Shown piece after piece: positions 12,901 to 24,253 of a stretch of 64,000 nucleotides of DNA. The stretch lies in assembly GCA_964199315.1 (NCBI GenBank), contig OZ116709.1, positions 22,382,001-22,446,000 on the forward strand, given 5' to 3'. The translations under genes and the position numbers were made by a program. This stretch comes from Orbicella franksi (Eukaryota). Every line of letters starts with the position of its first letter. Position 1 is the stretch's first letter. The notes beneath the pieces were generated by a model that was not told where the DNA came from, did not search any database, and was given only the letters and a program-made list of their open reading frames with translations.

Positions 12901-14023
12901 TTCTATCAAGAAATGTGGGCTAAACTGCGATCTCTTCTCTCAGCCATTTTATAAAAACGTATGTTTTTTGTCCCGAAGAAAAGTTCCCATTTTTTTCATG
13001 AAATATGAAAAGGCCCCTCGCCCGTTTTATAATACCAGCGGATACTAAGGTCTTTGAGTAACACTATCCTTGTAAATTGGCTGAATGTAATGTAAAACGA
13101 CCATTTTTAATAACTGTAACTGAACAGATCTGAACAATGTACAAATGTTGTGTTTCATGTATCTTTAGGTTTCTTTGATACAATGCTTATAGCGATTTTT
13201 ACTACGGATACTGTACCTTGCTCGCAGGGCCTTTTTTTGGCCTCAATCGTCCGGCCCGGACTAGGCGGGGTCCGTTATAATGTCGGTCAGTCACTTCATG
13301 AGACTATTCTTGGTGATTTTCGCCGAATTGAGATTGTATCGTGAGTCATATAAAAGTAATAGAGAAATTTTGTATTGAAATAAAGATAGCTTATTGCTTC
13401 CCACGAGGTTACTTGTTCACAAAATAGAGCAAAACAGATGATTGAGCTAGTTCTTTCATATGGATATCGGGAATAAGCGCCACTAAAATCGAACGGAGAC
13501 CATGTTGAGAAACATTTTAAATTGCAGCAAAGCGTAACAGAACATGGATTCCTTACAAGACCGAAGGAGTGCTGATTTGGGCATGAGGTAACTGGAAATC
13601 CCTTCCACGCGAACCCTTACATGTCTTGAAATCATGTCAGCTAGGCTGTAACACGGAGATTTACGTCACTGGCTTCAAGTATTCTGCAAGTTACCGATCT
13701 CTGACCCTTACAAATTCTCTAGATTGTTACTAAAAAAAGGTAATATTTTATCAATGAATTCGAAGGCAACATTTCCAATCCATACTTGTTCAGTTTTGGA
13801 GCCGCTAAAATTTTACAGAAATAAATTAAAAATAGCGCTGATTATATGAAGAATTTTTCCTAGCCTCGTCTCCCAATGAAGGTAATATAACGACTAAAAT
13901 AAAATCCACTTTTTCTTTTTTGGTCTAATGACCCTTATCCTTAATTACTGAATTACTCAGACAATATATAAATATTTAAGTGCAGATTAGGTTTTTCTGT
14001 GTGGTCTTCAAAAAAAAAAACTG

Positions 14024-14030
14024 TATAAAA
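14024..14030 (+). promoter_or_regulatory. TATA box of galaxin-like gene 2
   Basis: TATAAAA about 57 nt upstream of the ATG at 14087. Confidence 0.55.
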
Positions 14031-14086
14031 GGAAGTGTTTTTTTTGCGGGAAAGTAACACATCAAACTCGGTTACCCTGAGTGAAG

Positions 14087-17000
14087 ATGGCTCGATTTCT
14101 GTGTGGAATCGGTATTTTTCTTCTTGCTGTTTCTACATCAATGCTATTAGTAAATGCTGAAGAGGAGAAGATTTTGTCCGACAAGGATTTAGAGATCAAA
14201 AATGATGAACCAGTTCTAGAAGACCAGGAACTATTAGATGATCTTTTAGCCGAGGCCGAAAACGGTAAGAGCTTGAACGTGCAGTACAAATACTTAGTTG
14301 TTGTGTGATTTTCTGTCTTAGTTTTCTGCTTAAAAGTCTTTTTTTTTTTTTATTGCTAATTTGACTTCATAAAAGAAACTGGAAAAAAGTGTTATATTAT
14401 ATTAATAGGCTAATACGCAGCTTTTAGTGTCAACAGCAATCGATCTGGTCCAAACCCGTAATTTATCCACATTATAAACTGCCTGATCCATTTTCACTCC
14501 TACCATCAGCTTATCTCTCGCCTTCTGTTGAATTCGTGCCAATTTTAGAGTCCTTTTCCTGTAAATACTGAACTGTTATAGGGTTTGCTGGGATTTGTTC
14601 TCCGTACTCTCGGTTATTTCAATTGTCTCCAGAAGGTTTGCTCTGTAAAAATATCGATTACACTGTGAGAGGAATAAGGCTCTGCTTAATTCTCAGGACC
14701 CAGCGAAGACAATGCAGTTGAAAATTCCCCCGATGAACGGATCGAAGACAGTTCTGACGAAGCAGATCTCTCACTAGAGGATGACAAAGGTGAGCATTTC
14801 TGAAACAATAATTGATTGCCTTAATTTGTAATTTAAACTCCATTCTTCAGTAATAATTCTTAATAAGCAAATTTGCGGTTAAGAGCTCTGTATTAAACAG
14901 TACCGGCTGCCCATTCACTTAATTCTATCATGTTAACGTTTTGTTCCCCCTAACTTATTCAGTACAGAATTTTCAATTCGTAAAGGAATAGAGAAAGTTA
15001 TAACTAAAAATGTCAATTCTTAGGAACAAGCGAAGACAAAGTTGAAAGTTCCCCAGAAGAAAGCGAAGACAGTGCTGACGAAGATGACCTCTCATTCGAG
15101 GATAACGAAGGTAGAAAATTCTGAAACATTGCTTTTTGCATTCTTCATTTAAATTTCAACCACCTAAAAGCGAAGCATTGTTTCTTAAAAAATCAGCTTA
15201 CGATGAAAGCAATATATTGAGCAATACTGATCATTGTTTTCGTTCACATACGTTTTCAATCCTAGACGTATAGTCGAATTAACAATTCCTAGAAAAATTG
15301 TATAAAAACATGCAGTTCTAACTAGCCATGTTATGCCTCTTAGGTTACAGCGAGGACGAAGACATTGAAAGTTCCCCAGAGGAAAGCGAAGAGAACGCTG
15401 GCGAGGAAGACCTCTCGTTTGAAGATAACGAAGGTATGAAATTCCGTGAAAAATTTACCTCGACATTCATTTAATTAATTTCACAAGGGATTGTATTAAA
15501 TTAGAAAATCAGTTTACCATGTAACCGCACGCAGTACTGGTCCTTGACATCCGTATTTACAGTTTAGTTCCAAGCATGAATGTCGTAATTCTTGCTACTC
15601 ACTGCCATAAACGTCTTCTGATTTGTTAATAAGAATTTAAGAGTACATCATTGCAATATACCAAAGTTGGCTATTTTCGATATTCTTACTACCTGGTTGC
15701 GACTTTTGAGGGTTGAGGAGTTTTTGAAGAGGAGCTACGAGAGAGTTTATTGTGATAATGATAAACTTTGAAAGAATTAAATATGAGAGATAAAAGTATG
15801 ACGTCATTAAAAACCTTTTTCCACAAAACTTCTTGATGTTAAATTGCTGAAAAAAACACGTGTTAATCGGCGAAACTGCTGACCAACTGCCCATTCGTCA
15901 TACGAGAAGCACAAGCTTATTATTGGCAATGAAACAGAGTAAATTTTCACCCTTTGGCCTAGATCCTTCGAAACAGTCAGCCGTATTGTTAACCTTGGTG
16001 AACGATATTCAGATCATCAAGTGACGAGATCCAGAATGATACTTATTCTATATAACTTGATACAACAAGTTCAGAATATGTGTACCCACGAACCTTGAGC
16101 CTAGAGCAAGCCGCCGTGAGCTTCCACTAATACACTTGATCGCTTGAGCCTACCACTGAGAATCGTGAACACCGTGACTTTTGTTATCCACGGTCATAAA
16201 CAGAGCGCAGTATTATCTCTCCTCTCTTCCCGATAATTGGTGGCTTGATATAATCTAAAGGAAAGCTAAGAGTTTCCAACACTTATCCAGTTAGTCAGCG
16301 ACGCGATTAAGACGCGATGCGACTGAGACGCGATTAATTAAAAATGCACAAAATATTGCACAACCAATCTAGTTCTTGGGTGTCTCTCTTTTATCGAGAG
16401 CGATGACGACATGATCTTGCTTTCCGTCGATCTGTACAATCTCGTTCCCAGTGTCCTCTCTCTACCTTTCGAGGTAGAGAGAGGACTCACAGAGGTTGGG
16501 AACTGCAGGCTTTGCATGTTCTTAAAAAATAAGCGAAAGAACGTCTTGTGACTTGTAACTGAGCTATCGTGTGAGCACTGTCGACGAAGTAGTCTGAAAG
16601 TTGCTACATCAGCAATGTTGCTTAACAACTGAACTGGTATGAACCACTGTAAACTAAATCTTTATGGACTTCTTTTCCGTAGAATACAGCCAAGATAACT
16701 TGGATGAAGATTCTCCTGAAGAAACTGAAGACAGCGCGGAGGAAGAAACCAATGAAGGTATATAGTGAATTCTGTAAAAGATTCTTCCTTTTTACCGCAC
16801 AATTTATTCCGTTTGACGGATGAATAATGTCTTTCTATAACATCCTCTTTCATGTCTAGCCCGAGGGCGTTCAATTATTGGACAAGTAGTGTTTTATTTG
16901 ACTCTAAACTGACAATTCCACTCGAGTTGTGGAAATGTTATTTCACAAATATTCATTTTCTCTCGAGACTTTCTTCAGTCACCCAAATGATGCTGCATCA

Positions 17001-20000
17001 TATGTTGTAAAGCTTAGTTTATTGGTAAAGATTAAGAACAATGCGGTTACTTCGATTAATGCATGTCTTTAATATACAGGCTCCAAAAATCGGGGGAGCT
17101 GGCTCTTTAATTAATTAACAAGACAAACAAAAAAGGGAAACTAAATCTGGGTTTCAAGTATCAGTAATGTTTTGATTGATATTCAATTTTTTTTTTTTTT
17201 TCGATTTTGCAGAGTTTAGTGAAGATAACGAATATGATGATTCGCCCGAGGAAGATGAAGACAATGATGATGAAGAGACAAACATGCTGAATGACGAAGA
17301 AGGTCAGTAAAATCAATCGTGAGAGACACCATTTTTCATTTGGTTGGCCAATATTTGTTTTACATATGAGGAATCGATAAGTTGCGAAATCGGTAAAAAG
17401 TCAAATTTCCCGTAAGGTTAGTTGGATTCTGTGTTAAATATAATGGCTATTTTGAAAGTCTACCTCTAAGCAGGAATTTTGAAAGGGGCACATTTACTTT
17501 GTTACGTCTGGGTTAATTTGAAGTCTAAACGAATTGATTTCCACCCCCAGTCACAGTGGTCTTTAAAAGCTGCATACTTTCAGAAAGTTTAGAATAGTCT
17601 AGTTTTGAGACTTGAAATGAATGACGCTTCCAATTTTGCCACTAACATCTCCATCCTTGAATTGATTCTGTTTGGATCATCAGCAGTGTTACTTAGCAAC
17701 TGAGTTGTTATGAATCTTTGCAAACTGAATCTTTGTGGACTTCCTTATCCGCAGAATACAGCCAAGATAACTTAGATGAAGATTCTCCTCAAGAAACTGA
17801 AGACAGCGCGGAGGAAGAAACCAATGAAGGTATATAGTGAATCTATAAAAGAATCTTCCTCTTTACTACACAATTTATCCCGTTTAAAGAGTAAATAATG
17901 TCTTTCTAAAACATCCTCTTTCATATCTAGCCAGGGCGTTCAATTATTAGAGAAGTAGTGTTTTATTTGACTCTGAACTGAGCATTCCACTCGAGTTGTG
18001 GAAATGTTACTTCACAAATATTCATTTTCTCTCGAGACTTTTTTCAGTCACCCAAATGATGCTGCACCATATGTTGTAAAACTAAGTTCATTAGTAAACA
18101 ATAAGAACAATGCTGTTACCTCGATCAGTATATGTCTCGTATATACAGGCTCCAAAAATCGAGGGAGCTGGCTCTTTAATTAATTAATAAGACAAACAAC
18201 AAAAAAGGAAAAATAAATCAGTGGGTTTCAAGTATTAGAAATTGATTTCATTTTTTTCAATTTTGCAGAGTTTAATGAAGATAGCGAATATGATGATTCG
18301 CCCGAGGAAGATGAAGACAATGATGATGAAGAGACAAACATGCTGAATGACGAAGAAGGTCAGTAAAATCACTTGTGAGAAGCACCTTTTTTCATTTGGT
18401 TGGCCAATATTTGTTTTAGATATGAGGAATCAGTTGCGAAATCGGAAAAGTCAAATTTCAAGTATGAGCAATGTTTTGATTGATATCCATTTTTTTTCAA
18501 TTTTCCAGAGTTTAATGAAGATAATGAATATGTTGATTCGCCCGAGGAAGGTAAAGACAATGATAATGAAGAGACAAGCATGCTGAATAACGAAGAAGGT
18601 CAGTAAAATCAGTTGTGAGAGGCACCATGTTTCATTTGGTTGGCCAATATTTTCTTTAGATATGAGGAATCGATAAGTTGTGAAATCGGTAAAAAGTCAA
18701 ATTTCCCGTAGAGTTAGTTAGATTCTGTTTCAAATATAATTGTTAATTTTCAAAGTGTAGTTCTAATCAGGAATTTTGAAAGGGGCACATTTACTTTGTT
18801 ACGTCTGGGTTAATTTGGAGTCCAAACGAATTGCTTTCCACCCCCAGTCACAGTGGTCTTTAAAAGCTGCATACTTTCAGAAAGTTTAGAATAGTCTAGT
18901 TTTGAGACTTGAAATGAATGACACTTCCAATTTTGCCACTGATATCTCCATCCTTGAATTGTTTCCGTTTGCATCATTATAACTTCTTTAATTGTTGCTT
19001 TTATTAGTACGATATTTTGTCAACGTTTCCTTCAATTTGAAAGTGGCTTGTACATCGAAAAAAAATGACTTTATTTACCATGACATGTAGCATTTTCTAA
19101 AGCAAAAGTGCATTATCTCCTTCAATTCTTTCCATGATACAAGCAAAAATAACACGAGATCATTTTTCTCCTGTTGTAGATCCAAGCGACGCGAAAAGGT
19201 CTCGTATTTTTAACCCCAAATGTGGGCTTAAAATATATAACCGCAACAGTCAGCGGTGCTGTGTAGGAAAAGTCATCTACAACCCTTTACAACACACATG
19301 CTGTGGCGGACGCATCGTACCAAAGACACTTGCCTCAACCTTGTGTTTGAAACGTTCTCGTTGCGGCCAGTCCTTCTACAGTCGTAAAAGCCAAAAGTGT
19401 TGCTACAATCAACTAATTCCAGTGGGCGTCAAGTGTTCCAGGTTGCGCTGTGCAAACATCCATTATATTTCCCACCACCAACAATGTTGCAACGGCCGTG
19501 TAATTCCCAAGACTTCCCAGTGTATACCAGTGACGAAGCGATGTGGTAGGCTATCTTATGATCCACAGGGTCAGAAATGTTGCCGTGGTCAAATACTTCC
19601 AATCAAAGTTCCCTGCTCTAGTCGGCGTTGTAAAAACGTCGTCTACGTTTCTCACACTCACCAATGCTGTAACGGTCGAATCATTCCCAAGAGTGTTCCA
19701 TGCAATCCATCTCCAGCAACAGCCCAATGTGGTGGCTTTTTCTTCAGCCGGCAGACCCACAGATGTTGCTTTGGTCAAATAGTGTCTCTCCAAGTGCCGT
19801 GTACCAGACTACCTTGTGGGCAAGCTTACTATGTCCCTCAAACCCAACGATGCTGCCATTCTCGCGTCATTCCCAGAGCAGTACCTTGCCCTCAATTTCC
19901 TTCTCCGTTCCAATGCGGTGCATTCTCGTATAATCCACAGACCCACAGATGTTGCTTCGGTCAAATAGTATCCCTCCAAGTTGGTTGTTCCAGACTGACA

Positions 20001-22142
20001 TGTGGACAAGTGTTCTACGTTCCTCATACCCAGCAGTGCTGCAGTGGTCGAGTTATTCCCAAAAGTGTTCCATGCCACCCATTCCTGACACCTGCCTTGT
20101 GTGGTGGTTATCAATTCAATCTGCAAACCCACAGATGTTGCTTCAATCAAATAGTTGCTATCAACGTCCGTTGTACCAAACTGCCTTGTGGGCAAGCCTA
20201 CTATGTGCCCCAAACTCAACAATGTTGCAACCGCCGTGTCATTCCTAGAGCTGTACCTTGTACCCCATTCCCTACTCCGTTCCGATGTGGTGCATTTTCC
20301 TACAATTCACAGACCCATAGATGTTGCTTTGGCCAAATAGTTTCCCTCCAAGCTCGTTGTACTAGACTGCATTGTGGGCAAGGCTATTACGTTCCTCAAA
20401 CTCAACAATGCTGCAATTCTCAAGTCATTCCTCAGTCGATACCCTGCATTCCATTTCCGAAGCCCTTCCAATGCGGTGGCTTATCCTACAATCCACAGTC
20501 CCAAAGATGCTGCTTCAACCAAGTTGTACCCCTCCAATCTCCCTGTACCAGACTGCCTTGTGGACAAGGCTTCTACGTTCCTCATGCCCAACAATGCTGC
20601 AACAATCGAGTCCTTCCCAGAACCGTTCCTTGTACTCCATTTCCGACGCCGCTCCAATGTGGTCTCTTTTCTTATAATTCACAGACGCACAGATGCTGCT
20701 TTGGCCAGATAATATCTATCAACGTGCCGTGTATCAGACTGCCTTGTGGACGAGGCTATTATGTTCCTCAAACCCAAAAATGTTGCCATTCTCGTGTCAT
20801 TCCAAGAGCTGTACCTTGCACTTCATTTCCCACTCCGTTCCGATGTAGTACCTTCTCTTATAATCCACAGACCCACAGATGTTGCTTCGGTCAAATAGTA
20901 CCCCTCCAAGTTGGTTGTTCTAGACTACCATGTGGACAAGTGTTCTACGTTCCTCATACCCAACAATGCTGCAATGCCCGAGTCATTCCCAAGAGTGTTC
21001 CGTGCCATCCATTTCCAATACCAGCCTTGTGTGGTGGCTATCATTACAATCTGCAAACCCACAGATGCTGCTTTAACCAAATAGTTGTTATCAACGTCCG
21101 TTGTACCAAACTGCCTTGTGGGCAAGCCTACTATGTACCCCAAACTCAACAATGTTGCAACCGCCGTGTCATTCCTAGAGCTGTACCTTGTACTCCATTC
21201 CCTACTCCGTTCCGATGTGGTGCATTTTCCTATAATCCACAGACCCATAGATGTTGCTTTGGCCAAATAGTTTCCCTCCAAGCTCGTTGTACTAGACTGC
21301 ATTGTGGGCAAGGCTATTACGTTCCTCAAACTCAACAATGCTGCAATTCTCGAGTCATTCCTCGGACGATACCCTGCATTCGACCACCGACGCCCTTCCA
21401 ATGCGGTGGCTTATCCTATAATTCACAGACCCACAGATGCTGCTACAATCAAGTTGTACCTCTCCAATCTCCTTGTACCAGACTGCCTTGTGGACAAGCC
21501 TTCTACGTTCCTCATACCCAACAATGCTGCAACAATCGGGTACTTCCAAGAGGCGTACCTTGCACTCCATTTCCGACGCCGCTCCAGTGTGGTGCCTTTT
21601 CATATAATCCACAGTCCCATAGGTGCTGCTTTGGCCACATAGTGTCCATCCAAGTTCTCTGTACCAGACTGCCTTGTGGACAAGCCTATTACGTTCCTCA
21701 AACACAACAATGCTGCAACTCTCGAGTCATTCCTAAAACGGTACCTTGCACTCCATTCCCGACAAAGTTCCGATGTGGTGGCTTTTCGTATAATCCACGG
21801 ACCCACCGTTGTTGCATGGGTCAAATAGTATCCATCCAAGTCCATTGTACCAAACTCCCTTGTGGACAAGCCTATTACGTACCTCACACTCAACAGTGCT
21901 GCAACTCTCGAGTCATTCCCAAAGTGGTGCCTTGTCAACCTAATCCCAACCCTCTGGCTTGTGGCAATACCATCATCAATCCTTCTGTCCAGCAGTGTTG
22001 TCATGGTACCACTGTGGCGCCTTTGAGGTCAACTTGCGTGAAGTGTGGCACTTCATATTTCATTCCCTTTGGGTATCGATGCTGCAACAGCCGAATTCGT
22101 CCTTCGTCCTTCCACTGTCCTGTGCCTCTTCCCTTGCGATAG
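14087..22142 (+). CDS. Galaxin-like secreted precursor, gene 2, with long acidic domain (10 exons: 14087-14264, 14697-14789, 15024-15110, 15344-15433, 16683-16757, 17213-17302, 17755-17829, 18269-18358, 18509-18598, 19180-22142; about 1276 aa)
   Basis: Signal peptide MARFLCGIGIFLLAVSTSMLLVNA. Eight AG...G|GT bounded exons of 93, 87, 90, 75, 90, 75, 90 and 90 nt, all phase 1-1, encoding D/E-rich peptides. Acceptor ttgtag at 19179 gives D-P-S-D-A-K-R-S into the 1002-aa Cys-repeat ORF. Total 3831 nt is in frame. Confidence 0.85.
16437..16498. mobile_element. Short palindromic MITE (CAACCTCGTTCCCAGGG family), right arm partly deleted; second copy at 32958-33024
   Basis: Hairpin GTCCTCTCTCTACC...GGTAGAGAGAGGAC. 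The 32958 copy has a 9-bp target duplication with one mismatch (TGCATTTGA/TGTATTTGA). Confidence 0.7.
16655..18960 (+). repeat. Tandem segmental duplication of microexons together with their introns
   Basis: 16655-17400 resembles 17727-18450; the 90-nt exon is duplicated again with a 240-bp period (18269 and 18509); intron 17303-17660 resembles 18599-18960. Confidence 0.9.
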
Positions 22143-23990
22143 AGAAGGGATCCTGAACCCTATTAACTTAGAATTTTTGCCAAATAATTAAGTTTGAAAA
22201 AGTTTTAGGATAAGAACGAAAAGACAAGCAGAAAATCATTGTATAAGTAAATATTAATTGCCTTTGATACAAACGCTTGGGTGAATTGCTGACTTGTTAC
22301 TGATCTGGATCATATGAGTTATGTAAAGTAAACAGATGCAATCTCTGTGACATTTCTGAATTAGAAAGTAAACATGAACTATAATTCAAGCTCATAAGAC
22401 TCTCACAAAGCAAGCTGAGAAAGGTTTTAATCAATATTCAGATTATCACAAATGAAGTATCACTGGCACAAAACTAGAGTAACAAAAACAATTAAGTTTA
22501 GCTGTAGTTCTCCACGTCCGAAGGAATCTTTTCGGTTGTAGATGTTCACGTTGAAAGTAGCTCTTTCTTTAAGGGAACATGTGTTTACGCTGTATCTTAT
22601 CCGATGGGCAATGCTTTTGGAGGGCTGAAAAAAGCGCGAAAACTAATACAGAATTTAATCATTGTCACTTTAGGAAAATCATGAATGTAACTGTCATCAG
22701 TAAGAAGTAATACTATTTCTTTATGTAGACAAGATACTATGATCTAGATCGAAGTCTCTTGCTGGAAGTTATTAGACTTTGCAGTCGACTACATCTTCTG
22801 TTGGTGAAGTAAGTGAGATGATTAATAAAGAATTTTTCTGGAACAAGCTGTTGAAATCTCTTTGCTGCGAGTCTCCTCAGATGAAAATGAGCCCTATACT
22901 CTACATTCTCTACAGGCCTTGACATCAGAAATAACCAGTCAGCCTGTGCTCCTAGCGCTGGCAAGAGAGCCTGGTTGCAGGCTACATCAGAATCAGTTCA
23001 CTGTAAATTCCAAAAATTTCAATACTGTAGAAATCCTGTTCGTCATATAGAGCCTTAATGAGGTTAACCGTTAACTGTAACAACCCAAGGCAAAAAATTT
23101 AGCAGTTAGGCGTAAAAATTGAAAAACTTTAACCGTTAGTCGTAAAAATGCTAACCGCAAAAACAATTTAGCCAAGAATGTGAAGTTTTCTTGATCTCTT
23201 GTCGGGACTTTTTGCGTCTTTTCTTGTGGCTTGCTGCTGAGGAAAATAATGGCATAATAACACCTTAAATATGTTTGACAGTAATCAAAATAAATTTTAA
23301 CTTTTCAAACAATGAAAATTAATTTTAAGGCTTTTCAAGACAATGATAATCTGATTTCTAACTTAAGATTTCTGTTAACCGTGAGCAAAATAAATTAACC
23401 GCAAAAATGCCAAAGTAATAACCGTTCGCCGTATTTAGCCACTGCCCCTTTGAGACCCTCTTAGTAATAATCGACTAAGGTAGCACCTCTACAGTATCAG
23501 GCATGGCGGCTGCGAATAAGAGTGTCGTATCCAGAGCGCTCGTGTTATTTTTTGTTTTATGACAGAAATTTACGAAGCAGGACCCAAATTTATTTCTAAA
23601 CAATTCTAAAGCTCCCAGATTAAAATATTGTACAAAATAATAAACTCTTACTAAGCGAGTGCGAGGGCCGTATACTGGAGAGTATTTGCCCGAGGTCGTG
23701 GCAGTACGGACCGAGCGCAGCGAGGTCTGTACCAAAACGACCGAAGGCCAATATTCCCCAGTACAATGATATCTGATGTGACTATCAGCTTAGTTTTAGA
23801 CTGAGGCCCTGACACACTTTAAAAGTACCTCATTATAGATGCTTGATGTTCTGGAGAACTCCTGTGAGAGCTTGATTCTACTTCTGTTATACAGGACAAC
23901 GGTCGACAGTTTCAGTGTATGATATGTATGTGCTTCAAGGCGCAGTAGAGCGAGTCCTAAAAGTCCCAGGACTCATTGCGAACTAGTTGC

Positions 23991-24034
23991 GCGCGAAAAT
24001 TGATGCAAATGTTCGAAACGAGACAAAATGGCGG
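23991..24034. promoter_or_regulatory. Candidate E2F site and YY1-like motif upstream of ESCO
   Basis: GCGCGAAA (reverse complement TTTCGCGC) at 23991-23998; AAAATGGCGG at 24025-24034. Confidence 0.4.
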
Positions 24035-24253
24035 ATGACAGGAAATGCACTTCGTCCTTTACATAAACTCTCTTATTCCAAAGGATTTATACGATTGTGG
24101 AATTAGCTATGAAAGTAGAAAGTTAGTTTATCTTTTCATTGCTACAAATTTTAACTGATGGATTAAAAGATGTGTGTATTTGAGGCTTAATTTTTTGCGA
24201 TCCTCCGTCATTTCTATTTGCAACGTCCTCTCAGCAACAGATGAAGCACAACG

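Noticed and set aside
19134-19179. ORF-track start MIQAKITRDHFSPVV
   Set aside because: Intronic polypyrimidine tract; the exon starts at 19180 after TTGTAG.
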